NCBI GenBank assembly: GCA_049967255.1
Contig: JBMFTB010000001.1
Coordinates: forward strand, 17,017-81,016
DNA length: 64,000 bases
Source: Thermoplasmata archaeon
Lineage (GTDB): Archaea > Thermoplasmatota > Thermoplasmata > Thermoplasmatales > ARK-15
Direction of reading: 5' to 3'
The position numbers and the translations under genes were made by a program. The notes beneath the pieces were generated by a model, which saw only the letters and a list, made by a program, of their open reading frames with translations, was not told the DNA's origin and ran no database searches. Shown here piece by piece: positions 10,284-20,070 of the stretch. Numbering within the stretch: position 1 is the stretch's first letter; each line of letters starts with the position of its first letter.

Positions 10284-12965
10284 ATGGAAAAAAAGAGTTT
10301 ATATGCCATAGTGGCAGTGATAGTAGTAATAGTGATTATCGTAGCAGCAGCCGCAGTACTCTTGTACAAGCCAACAACCGTTACACCTACACCTACAGCA
10401 CCTACACTTGTATCTGTAACGCCATCAACGCAGTTGACCACTGTTGGTAGCAGTGTTCAGTTTGTTGCATCTGTTACAGGTAATGTGACAACAGTATTAT
10501 GGAACTTTGGTGATGGCACAACCGGGACGGGGTTAATAGTTAATCACACATACACAGAACCAGGAAAGTATTTAGTATTTGCAAATGCAACTGGACCATC
10601 AGGATATTCAAACAATTTGAAGAATCTCTGGTTAATAACAGTTTCACCGCCAACGCTGAGCCCAGCACTAGCAAGTGAAATAGCACAGCCAACGGTAGCA
10701 TTTAATACAACAGCAAATCCAAATGCGCCTATATTTTCCGTTAATACAAGTGCAATATTTGATACATCATACCTGCAGCCACCAACAGCAACGAACTGGA
10801 CGATAGGATATTATGTTATAAACTATGGTGATGGAACGCCTGTAAATATAACACCAACACTTTACAACACTAGCTCCGGATCATATTTGCACGCAATGTT
10901 CAATCATGTGTACACAAAGAGTGGATTTTACCCTGTTAATATAACCATAATAACGTACAATGAATCATCATTTATGAGTGACCTTGTAACGAATAATGTA
11001 ACAGGAATACAGTATTTGCCAACGAGCTATTACAATCAGGTATTGAGCTCACAGCATCATGTAGTATCATCTTTTGTAACTGTATATGTAGCAACATCAA
11101 CCCAGGTAGCTGGTGTATTAAAAGCATCTGGTACAGTGCCTAATCCTGGCGTAATTAATGTCGTTGAAGTTGTTCCATCAGGTCCTTATTCTTTCGATCC
11201 AGCAATCGATTATGAAACAGTAGGAGCGGAAATAATATATAATGTATATGAAACAATGATAGCCTATAATGGATCTAATGCAGGTGAATTTGTTCCAGTT
11301 GTTGCAAAGGAAATTCCATCACTTGCAAATGGTGGAATATCTGCAAATGGTATGAACTATACATTCTATTTAAGGTCTGGACTGAAGTTTGCAAATGGTG
11401 ATCCTGTTACAGCTTGGGATGCATATGTTAGCTATGTAAGAACATTGCTGTTCATGTTGGGTTCACCTGGTACGGCTGGATGGATACTTGCCCAGGATCT
11501 ATTACCATATGGTGGTTATTACTTCAATTCAACAGGTGCACTTGTTGCAACTAATACATATCAGAACATAACAAGGGCTATAACCTTTGATAATGCAACG
11601 AATAGTGTAACATTCCATCTTTTAAAGCCAGATCCTGCATTTCTTGATTATATAGCAGATCCTATGGGTGGCGGCATCATGGACTGGAACTGGCTAGTTC
11701 AGCATGGTGCAGGAATAACATTCACTCCAGCAGGATTCCAGGCATACATGGCACAGGGCAATGAGCAGAATTATAACAATTATATAAGGTACAATGCAAT
11801 GGGTTCTGGCCCATATATGATTCAGTCATATCTATCTGGGCAATCAATTGTGCTAGTACCAAATCCCAATTACACACCAATACCTGGATATCCTGGATAC
11901 AATGCAACACCAACAGAAAAGGTATATATACAGTGGGTAAAGGATCCTGAGACAGCTTTATTAATGATGAAAAGCGGGCAATCAGATATAACGGAAGGAT
12001 TGCCAACAACTGATTATCCGACGGTAGCAGCATTGCAGTCCCAGGGCAAAGTGGATATATATTCATTCCCAACACTGAGCGTTTTCTTCTTCAATTTCAA
12101 CTGGAACATAAATGAATCTATGATGCACAGCGCATATGGATCAAGTTACAGCATACCATATAATTATTTCACAAATCCATATGTAAGGGCGGCATTCGCA
12201 GCATCATTCAATTATACGAACTACATAAACAACCTGGTCGGAAATGCAATATACCATGCTGACTTTGCATTCCACTATGTTGGAATCATACCTAAGGGCA
12301 TGCCAGGTTATGTGAACACAACATGGTTACAGGAGCATGGTGCAACAATTCCAGTTTACAATTTAACACTTGCAAAACAATACATGGAAGAATCAGGAGT
12401 TTATAATGAATCTGTATCATTCCCGATAGTTATATATGCTGGTGATCCTGTTGACTATGCTGCAGCAGGAATGTGGGCGGCAAATCTAAGCTCAATAGAT
12501 CCAAACATTCATGCAGTACCCGTTTATCAGCCATTTATGACATCAATAGGATATATGGTTGCAAATATGGACCCAATGCCAATATACCTGCTTGGATGGG
12601 CACCCGATTATCCATACCCATCAGATTATGTTAATGCTATGTATTTGCAGGGCGGAACGTATGCATCAGCTAACGGCTGGAATTATACAAATCTGATGAA
12701 AGCTGGCTGGACACAGGAAGCAATGGAATGGCAGAACATGACAAACCTGATCCTTAAGGCAGACAGCACCACTAACATGACTCAGTCATTAATGTACTAT
12801 GATGAAGCAGAAGTAATTGCCGTTAATTTGAATCTCTATGTTTACACTGAGCAACAGAATGGCTTCTGGTATTATGCCCCATACATGCACGGTGTGCAAT
12901 ACGAAGAAAATGCAATGATAGGTGGCGGTGGAGACACGCTATACTTCTATCTGACAAAAGGATAA
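10284..12965 (+). CDS. ABC transporter substrate-binding protein, family 5 (peptide/nickel), membrane-anchored, with a PKD-like domain
   Basis: N-terminal TM helix 'YAIVAVIVVIVIIVAAAAVLLY' and Thr/Pro linker 'TTVTPTPTAPT'. PKD-type 'WNFGDGTTGTG..HTYTEPGKY'. SBP_bac_5-type body. More than 20 N-x-S/T sequons. Followed by two permease and two ATPase genes. Confidence 0.85.
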   Translation: MEKKSLYAIVAVIVVIVIIVAAAAVLLYKPTTVTPTPTAPTLVSVTPSTQLTTVGSSVQFVASVTGNVTTVLWNFGDGTTGTGLIVNHTYTEPGKYLVFANATGPSGYSNNLKNLWLITVSPPTLSPALASEIAQPTVAFNTTANPNAPIFSVNTSAIFDTSYLQPPTATNWTIGYYVINYGDGTPVNITPTLYNTSSGSYLHAMFNHVYTKSGFYPVNITIITYNESSFMSDLVTNNVTGIQYLPTSYYNQVLSSQHHVVSSFVTVYVATSTQVAGVLKASGTVPNPGVINVVEVVPSGPYSFDPAIDYETVGAEIIYNVYETMIAYNGSNAGEFVPVVAKEIPSLANGGISANGMNYTFYLRSGLKFANGDPVTAWDAYVSYVRTLLFMLGSPGTAGWILAQDLLPYGGYYFNSTGALVATNTYQNITRAITFDNATNSVTFHLLKPDPAFLDYIADPMGGGIMDWNWLVQHGAGITFTPAGFQAYMAQGNEQNYNNYIRYNAMGSGPYMIQSYLSGQSIVLVPNPNYTPIPGYPGYNATPTEKVYIQWVKDPETALLMMKSGQSDITEGLPTTDYPTVAALQSQGKVDIYSFPTLSVFFFNFNWNINESMMHSAYGSSYSIPYNYFTNPYVRAAFAASFNYTNYINNLVGNAIYHADFAFHYVGIIPKGMPGYVNTTWLQEHGATIPVYNLTLAKQYMEESGVYNESVSFPIVIYAGDPVDYAAAGMWAANLSSIDPNIHAVPVYQPFMTSIGYMVANMDPMPIYLLGWAPDYPYPSDYVNAMYLQGGTYASANGWNYTNLMKAGWTQEAMEWQNMTNLILKADSTTNMTQSLMYYDEAEVIAVNLNLYVYTEQQNGFWYYAPYMHGVQYEENAMIGGGGDTLYFYLTKG

Positions 12966-12979
12966 ATTTTTAAATCCTA

Positions 12980-12994
12980 TTTTTTTATTTTTTT
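12980..12994 (+). terminator. oligo-T tract after the binding-protein gene (possible partial terminator)
   Basis: 'tttttttatttttttt'-type T-run 15 nt after the stop codon, in the 94-nt gap before the permease gene. Confidence 0.3.
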
Positions 12995-13059
12995 CATGCA
13001 GAATTAAAAACTTTTAAATATTATCGGTCATTAATCCAAGAAAGGAGGCTCTGGTTTTA

Positions 13060-14130
13060 ATGAAGCTCTCCACATATATCATAAGAAGGGTACTGGTACT
13101 GATACCTACGCTGATTGGTTTGAGTCTTATAGTATTTCTATTGACAAGGGCAGGTGGAATAAATATGATTATTGCAAGTTATATCAATCCTCACCTGCCA
13201 TATGCTGTACAAAGGGCTATGCTTATTAAAGAATTTCATTTAAATGATCCATTGTGGGTTCAGTACTACTATTATATGGCAGGATTGTTACAGGGAAATT
13301 GGGGTTATACAAGAACTGCAATATACTCTGGGCCGGTAACAACAGCAATATCTATGTTTTTACCAAACACTATACAACTATCAATAATTGCTTTCATAAT
13401 CGCTGTTGTTATTGCAATTCCTGCTGGTCAAGAATCAGCAGTAAGGAAAAACAGCTTTGTTGACCAATTTTCAAGGTTTATAGCGTTTGTTGGAATTTCC
13501 CTTCCAGTTTTCTGGCTTGCCCAGATACTCAGTGAAATATTTGCAACACCCACAATTAGCCCTGCATTGAATATATTACCATTAAGCGGTACGGTTGATG
13601 CAACCCTTATGGCTGGTGTGCCCTGGATAAATTCAATTGGTGTTTCAGATCCTACACACATAATGATGATAGATGCATTATTGCATGGTGATCTTCCAAT
13701 ATTTTTCTCATCAATAAGGCATGTAATTTTGCCGGCTGCAACGCTTGCTTTCACATCCATAGCGGGGATTATGAGGTATATGAGGGCAAGTATGGTAGAA
13801 TCATTGAATCAGGATTATGTTAAAACAGCGCGTTCAAAAGGTTTGCCTGAAAAAGTTGTTATTAAGGTTCACGCAAGGAAAAATGCATTAATACCTGTTG
13901 TAACAATTTTAGGTCTATTATTTGCGGGTCTGTTGGGTGGTGTTGTTGTTATAGAAGATCTTTTTTCATATCCCGGAATGGGTCTTTGGACTGTTGATGC
14001 CATTTTAGGCTATGACTCGGGTGGCATAATGGGTACAACTATTGTGTTTGGATTAATTCTTGTAACAGCGAATTTCATAGTTGACCTGCTCTACGCATGG
14101 ATAGATCCAAGGATAAGGTTGGGTGAATAA
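13060..14130 (+). CDS. peptide ABC transporter permease (DppB/OppB-like)
   Basis: N-terminal 'YIIRRVLVLIPTLIGLSLIVFLL', EAA-type loop 'YVKTARSKGL', multiple TM segments. Confidence 0.9.
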   Translation: MKLSTYIIRRVLVLIPTLIGLSLIVFLLTRAGGINMIIASYINPHLPYAVQRAMLIKEFHLNDPLWVQYYYYMAGLLQGNWGYTRTAIYSGPVTTAISMFLPNTIQLSIIAFIIAVVIAIPAGQESAVRKNSFVDQFSRFIAFVGISLPVFWLAQILSEIFATPTISPALNILPLSGTVDATLMAGVPWINSIGVSDPTHIMMIDALLHGDLPIFFSSIRHVILPAATLAFTSIAGIMRYMRASMVESLNQDYVKTARSKGLPEKVVIKVHARKNALIPVVTILGLLFAGLLGGVVVIEDLFSYPGMGLWTVDAILGYDSGGIMGTTIVFGLILVTANFIVDLLYAWIDPRIRLGE

Positions 14131-14132
14131 TA

Positions 14133-15029
14133 ATGGCAGAACAGAAAAAGAGGAATCCTAGGATAGAGAGTTTCATTTTAACGCTTAAAATATTATTCCA
14201 GAGTCCTGCATCTGTATTTGGTGTTGTTGTTGTACTTTTCTATATTGCTATTGCCCTGATAGATCAATTTGATCCTTCACTGATAGGGTTGACAAATGTA
14301 AATTATTTAACACCTAATTTTACGATTCCTGAACCTTTACCACCCAGCCCTGCACATCCATTCGGCACAGTTTATCCAGGTATAGATATTTACACTGGTA
14401 TATTAAAAGCAATAAGAATAGACATAGGTTTTTCAGTATTTGTAGTTGTTTTGGGATCCGTGTCAGGAGTTCTTATTGGCATTGTATCTGCATACTTTGG
14501 TGGATGGATAGATGAAATTGTTATGCGTATTACGGATATTTTCTTTAGTATTCCATACCTTGTTCTGGCCATAGCCATAGGCTTTTTCATGGGCAGAACA
14601 TTGCTTATTCTTTCAGTTGGGTTGATTATTATTTGGTGGCCAATATATGCAAGGGTTGTAAGAGGACAAGCGCTGTCAATTAAAGAACAAACATATGTTG
14701 AAGCTGCAAGGGCTTCAGGGGTAGGGAATACAAAAATAATGTTCAAACACATATTACCTAATACATTAGCACCAATATTCGTTCAATTTTCATTCGATCT
14801 TGCAACCATTGTGCTTACCTTAGCTACTCTAAATTTCATAGGTTTTGCACCTTCAAATTCATTCCTTCCGGATATGGGTTATTTATCAGCAATAGGTTAT
14901 GAATATGCTGTTGTTGGAGATTGGTGGACAATAGTGTTCCCAGGCTTTGGTCTGTTATTGTTTGCACTTGCCATGAATCTTGTTGGTGATGGATTAAGGG
15001 ATGCTCTCGATCCCAGGTTAAGAAGGTGA
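14133..15029 (+). CDS. peptide ABC transporter permease (DppC/OppC-like)
   Basis: 'YVEAARASGVGNTKIMFKHILPN' EAA loop. Starts 3 nt after the preceding permease gene. Confidence 0.9.
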   Translation: MAEQKKRNPRIESFILTLKILFQSPASVFGVVVVLFYIAIALIDQFDPSLIGLTNVNYLTPNFTIPEPLPPSPAHPFGTVYPGIDIYTGILKAIRIDIGFSVFVVVLGSVSGVLIGIVSAYFGGWIDEIVMRITDIFFSIPYLVLAIAIGFFMGRTLLILSVGLIIIWWPIYARVVRGQALSIKEQTYVEAARASGVGNTKIMFKHILPNTLAPIFVQFSFDLATIVLTLATLNFIGFAPSNSFLPDMGYLSAIGYEYAVVGDWWTIVFPGFGLLLFALAMNLVGDGLRDALDPRLRR

Positions 15030-16417
15030 TTGCATTGGTTGAAAATAATGATGAAAAAAGGGATCCTTTGGTAATCGTAGAGAATTTAAAAACAAATTTT
15101 GTTACGTGGAAAGGTGTGGTAAAGGCGCTGGATGGTGTAAATCTTACAATATACAAAGGTGAAACTTTAGGTCTCGTAGGAGAAACAGGGTGTGGAAAAT
15201 CTGTTACATCCCTTTCAATAATGGGATTACTTTCCCCAACGGAAGGCACGATTGTAGAAGGAAAGATTACATTTGATGGGAATGATCTTACAAAGTTTGT
15301 TGGAAAAGATGTATGGATAAAAGAAAAAGGTAAAAAGGCAAAAATAAAATCTAGAAGAAGGATTTACAAAAAGGCGCAGGAATACTTAAACCAGTTCAGG
15401 GGCAAGTATATGTCAATGATATTTCAGGAACCTATGACAGCCATAAATCCTGTTTTATCCATTCAATATCAACTAACAGAACCATTACTTCATCATCAGA
15501 AGAAAGAATTGGCAACAAGGGTTCTTGCAAGGCAAAAGGTAAAGCAGGAAGATTTTATGGCTATAAAGAATGCCGTAATGTCTGAAAATAAGGAAGTTTT
15601 GAAGAGCTATTATGATAACCCCATTTATTATTCATTAATAATGCAGATGAATTCAATATTTTACAGAAAGGATTTAACATTGCTGCAAAAAAATGAACTC
15701 ATTGATGAGCTTGCAAAAGAAAAGAGACTTTCATCTTTCCGATTAAAATTTTTGGAGGATTATTCGAATGGCAGAAATAAAATAATCTATAGATTGCCTG
15801 GAATAAATGGTTATTTGATGAGGACTATAAATAAGGAGGCTGAAAGAAGGGCAATAGAACTTTTAAGATTGGTAGGGATTTATGATCCAGAAACTATAAT
15901 AAAGGAATATCCCCATGAATTGAGCGGTGGAATGAGGCAAAGGGTGATGATTGCTATGGCTTTGTCTTGCGATCCAAAGTTACTCATTGCTGATGAACCT
16001 ACAACAGCACTTGATGTCACCACCCAGGCGCAAATACTTGATCTGATGAAAGATCTTAAAGAAAGGACATCAGCATCAATTCTTTTCATTACGCATGATC
16101 TTGGTGTAATATCCGATATGGCGGATAGGGTAGCGGTTATGTACGCGGGAAATATAGTTGAAATAGGTAATAAAATGGATATTTTTTATAATCCTAAGCA
16201 TCCCTATACGCAGGGTCTTTTAAGATCTATACCAACTGAAAAGACAATGAAAGAAAAGCTTCATGTTATACCGGGATCTATACCAAACTTAATAAATCCT
16301 CCACCCGGTTGTAGATTCCATCCAAGATGTGAACATGCTATGGAGATTTGCAGCAAGGAAAAACCACCAATGAAAGAGATAGAAAAGGATCATTACGTAG
16401 CATGCTGGTTGTACTGA
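15026..16417 (+). CDS. peptide ABC transporter ATPase (DppD/OppD-like) with a large insertion
   Basis: Walker A 'GETGCGKS', Q-loop 'MIFQEP', signature 'LSGGMRQR', Walker B 'LLIADEPTTALD', C-terminal 'CRFHPRC..HYVACWL'. GTGA overlap with the permease gene. Confidence 0.9.
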   Translation: MIALVENNDEKRDPLVIVENLKTNFVTWKGVVKALDGVNLTIYKGETLGLVGETGCGKSVTSLSIMGLLSPTEGTIVEGKITFDGNDLTKFVGKDVWIKEKGKKAKIKSRRRIYKKAQEYLNQFRGKYMSMIFQEPMTAINPVLSIQYQLTEPLLHHQKKELATRVLARQKVKQEDFMAIKNAVMSENKEVLKSYYDNPIYYSLIMQMNSIFYRKDLTLLQKNELIDELAKEKRLSSFRLKFLEDYSNGRNKIIYRLPGINGYLMRTINKEAERRAIELLRLVGIYDPETIIKEYPHELSGGMRQRVMIAMALSCDPKLLIADEPTTALDVTTQAQILDLMKDLKERTSASILFITHDLGVISDMADRVAVMYAGNIVEIGNKMDIFYNPKHPYTQGLLRSIPTEKTMKEKLHVIPGSIPNLINPPPGCRFHPRCEHAMEICSKEKPPMKEIEKDHYVACWLY

Positions 16418-16427
16418 GGTGTTCAAA

Positions 16428-17717
16428 ATGTCTAATCAACCTTTAATAATTGGAAACGATCTGAAAAAGTTTTTCGATGTAAAAACTGGCCTTACATCAA
16501 GAAGTAAATTGAAGGTAAAGGCAGTAAATGGTGTTGATATTGTAATAAATGATGGAGAGGTAGTAGGATTAGTAGGCGAATCAGGTTGTGGTAAAACAAC
16601 ACTTGGAAGATTAATGATCAGGCTCATTGAACCCTCAGGTGGAACTCTATATTTTAATCCTCCGCCTGAAATTGTGAGCAAAATTCAAAATGGTGAAAAG
16701 CTCAGTGAAAAGGAGATCAGAGAATATTCAATATTCCACATGTCAAAAAGAAAAATGAAACAGATGAGGAAATATATGCAAATAGTCTTCCAGGATCCAT
16801 ATTCTTCGCTTGATCCTAGGTATCTGATAAAGGATATAATTGCAGAACCTTTAAGGTCATTTGGATGGAGCAATAAAAAGGCATATGCTAGGGTTGAGGA
16901 GTTATTAAAAAAGGTAAGCCTTCCGATAGATTTTATGAACAGGTTCCCGCACGAGCTATCAGGCGGTCAAAGGCAGAGGGTTGCCGTTGCAAGGGCTCTT
17001 GCATTGAATCCAAAATTCATTGTTCTTGATGAACCAACATCAGCTCTAGATGTTTCAGTCCAGGCACAGGTTCTTAATATGCTAGATGATCTTAGAAAGG
17101 AGTTTAATCTTACAATGTTATTCATTTCACACCATATACTCGTTGTAAGGCACATAGCGGACAGGATCATGGTAATGTACTTGGGTAAAATAGTAGAAGC
17201 TGCAGAAACAAAGGAAATATTTAGCAATCCTATGCATCCATATACACAGGCACTTCTTTCTGCAGTGCCAGTGCCCGATCCTAAAACAAAAAGGATGAGG
17301 GTTCACCTGGAAGGGGAAGTACCAAGCCCAATAAACCCGCCAAAGGGTTGTTCATTCCATACAAGGTGTAGGTTTGCATTTGAAAAATGTGGATGGACTA
17401 CTGATGAGCTTGTGCAACCATTAAGATTTGTGTTGGACAATAAAAGGAACCCTGAAATTGGAAATGTAGAAATAAATGAAATTGAGATAATAAATGATAC
17501 AGAAATGGTGATGCGATTTACAGGTTCAATAAATAGAGAAATTCTTTATGATATAATAAACAAGGAAAAGGAAAAGACAAGGGCACTGTTTGGCATAAGG
17601 GAACTGGAAGTCAATGGAAACGAAGTAAAAATAAAACTTTTTGAAACTGTAGAACCTAAGCTTGTTGACAGGGGAAACGGTCATCTTGTTTCATGCTTCC
17701 TTTATGATAAAACATGA
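16428..17717 (+). CDS. peptide ABC transporter ATPase (DppF/OppF-like) with a C-terminal insertion
   Basis: Walker A 'GESGCGKT', 'LSGGQRQR', 'FIVLDEPTSALD'. The ATG at 16428 is preferred because 'gaggtg' lies 8 nt upstream; the track start at 16419 is a GTG. Confidence 0.9.
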   Translation: MSNQPLIIGNDLKKFFDVKTGLTSRSKLKVKAVNGVDIVINDGEVVGLVGESGCGKTTLGRLMIRLIEPSGGTLYFNPPPEIVSKIQNGEKLSEKEIREYSIFHMSKRKMKQMRKYMQIVFQDPYSSLDPRYLIKDIIAEPLRSFGWSNKKAYARVEELLKKVSLPIDFMNRFPHELSGGQRQRVAVARALALNPKFIVLDEPTSALDVSVQAQVLNMLDDLRKEFNLTMLFISHHILVVRHIADRIMVMYLGKIVEAAETKEIFSNPMHPYTQALLSAVPVPDPKTKRMRVHLEGEVPSPINPPKGCSFHTRCRFAFEKCGWTTDELVQPLRFVLDNKRNPEIGNVEINEIEIINDTEMVMRFTGSINREILYDIINKEKEKTRALFGIRELEVNGNEVKIKLFETVEPKLVDRGNGHLVSCFLYDKT

Positions 17718-17766
17718 ATATCAAAATTAATATTCAATGAATCCATGCAGGTTCTTGGTGAACTAG

Positions 17767-18972
17767 ATGGATATTAATTCCAAATTTTCAGAAATATCGA
17801 AAGGTCTAAAGGGATCTGCTGTAAGGGAATTATTAAAGTATGCTGAAAAACCTGATGTCATATCTTTTGGTGGTGGAATGCCGAATCCACTTTCATTCCC
17901 TATAAAAGATGTTGAGGATATAGTTCATTACATACTGGAAAATTACGGTGCTAAGGCACTGCAGTACGGTTCAACAGAGGGTGTTGAAGAATTAAGAGAA
18001 CTCATTTCAACGCGCCTAAATTCCAAGTACAGTTTCAATGCAAGAAAAGAAAACATAATAATGCTCAATGGCAGTCAATCTGGCCTATATATGGTATCGA
18101 AGGTATTCCTTAACAGAAAAGATTATGTTATAAGTGAGGCTCCAACGTATGTGGGTGCAATAGCTGCTTTTAACGCACAGGATCCGTCTTGGCTTGCCAT
18201 AGATCTTGAGAACGATGGTATGGATTTGAATATGCTTGAAGAAAAGATCAAATTTGCCCTAAATGAAGGTAAAACACCGAAATTCATTTATGTAATTCCA
18301 ACTTTCCAGAATCCTGCTGGACTAACTTGGTCATTATCTAAAAGAAAAGAGCTTCTTGACATAGCTTCTAAGTATGATCTTATTGTATTTGAGGATGATC
18401 CCTACAGTGAAATCAGGTTTTCAGGTGAGCCTGTTTCTCCAATAAAATCCTTGGACAAAGAAAATAGAGTGATTTATATGGGTACATTTTCAAAGGTTCT
18501 TTCTCCAGGCATAAGACTTGGATACATATTTGCAAATGATGAAATACTGAGAAAAATTTCACTTTTAAAGCAGGGTGTAGATCTTTGTACAAATGTTTTT
18601 TCCCAGTATTTGGCTATGGAATATTTAAAGCGGGGAGTAATAGATCAGCAGGTACCAAAAATAGTTGATCTTTACAGAAAGAAGAGAGATTTGATGCTCG
18701 AATCCCTTGAAAAATATATGCCTGATGGTACAGAATGGACCAAGCCTGAAGGAGGTATGTTTCTTTGGGTGACGCTTGATAAAAGAATAGATACGGAGAC
18801 ATTGCTAAAAAAAGCACTTGAAAAGAAGGTTGCCTATGTCATTGGTTCTGCATTTTATCCCGATGGCCGTGGAAAGAATTCAATGAGACTCAATTTCACA
18901 TACTCTAAAGATGAACACATAATAGAGGGAATAAAACGCCTTGGAACAGTCATAAGAGAGGAAATGTCTTAA
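17767..18972 (+). CDS. class I/II PLP-dependent aminotransferase
   Basis: 'FQNPAG', 'EDDPYSE', PLP-lysine context 'GTFSKVLSPGIRLGY'. Confidence 0.85.
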   Translation: MDINSKFSEISKGLKGSAVRELLKYAEKPDVISFGGGMPNPLSFPIKDVEDIVHYILENYGAKALQYGSTEGVEELRELISTRLNSKYSFNARKENIIMLNGSQSGLYMVSKVFLNRKDYVISEAPTYVGAIAAFNAQDPSWLAIDLENDGMDLNMLEEKIKFALNEGKTPKFIYVIPTFQNPAGLTWSLSKRKELLDIASKYDLIVFEDDPYSEIRFSGEPVSPIKSLDKENRVIYMGTFSKVLSPGIRLGYIFANDEILRKISLLKQGVDLCTNVFSQYLAMEYLKRGVIDQQVPKIVDLYRKKRDLMLESLEKYMPDGTEWTKPEGGMFLWVTLDKRIDTETLLKKALEKKVAYVIGSAFYPDGRGKNSMRLNFTYSKDEHIIEGIKRLGTVIREEMS

Positions 18973-19985
18973 TCCTCAACTATTTTTTCAAGTAATTTTA
19001 TTTCATTTTTAATATCCTCAAGATCAACCATTTCAACCGTAGTATGTGTGTATCTTATGGGAAAACAGATTGCAAGTGACGGAATGCCCAATTCAAATGT
19101 GCCTGCAGCATCTGTGCTGCCACCGGTTGCCAATTCCTGGTAAGGTATATTATTTTCCCTTGCCATTTTTATTATTTTTCTCCTTAAAGATAATGAATTA
19201 GCTCCCCTTGCATCAATGAACCTCAATACAGGACCTTTACCAAGTGATGCAGGGCTAAGTGAATAATCAACTTTTGGTTGATCGGCTGCAGTTACGCTGT
19301 CCACAGCATAAAGTTCATCTATGTTTCTTTCAGATATTGCTTTTGCGCCCCTTAAGCCTGTCTCTTCTTGAATGGTGAAAATAAATGTTACCTTTTTGTT
19401 CAATTTCTTTTTTGAGAGATTTTCAAGCAATAGAAGCAAAATTGCACAACCTGCTCTATCATCAAGACCTCTTGAAACTATGTATCTATCCCTTAATACA
19501 TGAAATTGTTTTTCCCACCTGACAGGGTCGAGAATTGAAATACCCATTGATGCCACATCATCCTTGGATTTTGCACCAACATCAATGTAAAGATCATCGA
19601 TCTGAACAACCCTGTTCATTTCATCTTCTTTTGATATATGTGGGGGCTTTAAACCTATTACACCATTGTAAATTTTTCCATTCTGGGTAATTATTTCCAT
19701 TACCTGACCGTAAAGTATTCTTGTATCAACACCCCCTATCTTTTTAATCTTTAAAAAACCTGAATCATCGATGTAAGAAACTACAGCACCAATTTCATCC
19801 ATATGAGCCATAAAGGCAATATGATCCTTACCTGAACCTATGGTCAAATAAACATTTCCTAATTTGTCGCATATTGGATCACCAAAGTTTTTTAAATAAT
19901 CTAAAATCCTGGATCTTATGTTATCCTCATAACCACTTACCCCAAAAGTAAAAAGCAGGTCCTTTACAACTTCTTTAAATTCCAT
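18969..19985 (-). CDS. M42-family (TET/FrvX-like) aminopeptidase
   Basis: 'AFMAHMDEIG', 'SRGLDDRAG', 'QEETGLRGA'; 338 aa. Confidence 0.85.
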   Translation of the reverse strand: MEFKEVVKDLLFTFGVSGYEDNIRSRILDYLKNFGDPICDKLGNVYLTIGSGKDHIAFMAHMDEIGAVVSYIDDSGFLKIKKIGGVDTRILYGQVMEIITQNGKIYNGVIGLKPPHISKEDEMNRVVQIDDLYIDVGAKSKDDVASMGISILDPVRWEKQFHVLRDRYIVSRGLDDRAGCAILLLLLENLSKKKLNKKVTFIFTIQEETGLRGAKAISERNIDELYAVDSVTAADQPKVDYSLSPASLGKGPVLRFIDARGANSLSLRRKIIKMARENNIPYQELATGGSTDAAGTFELGIPSLAICFPIRYTHTTVEMVDLEDIKNEIKLLEKIVED

Positions 19986-20070
19986 TAAATCACCATAACA
20001 TATATGTTAATTTTGTTTAATAATTTTATCTAGAATTTTGTTTGATTTAATTGGAAATAAACCTTATTAT

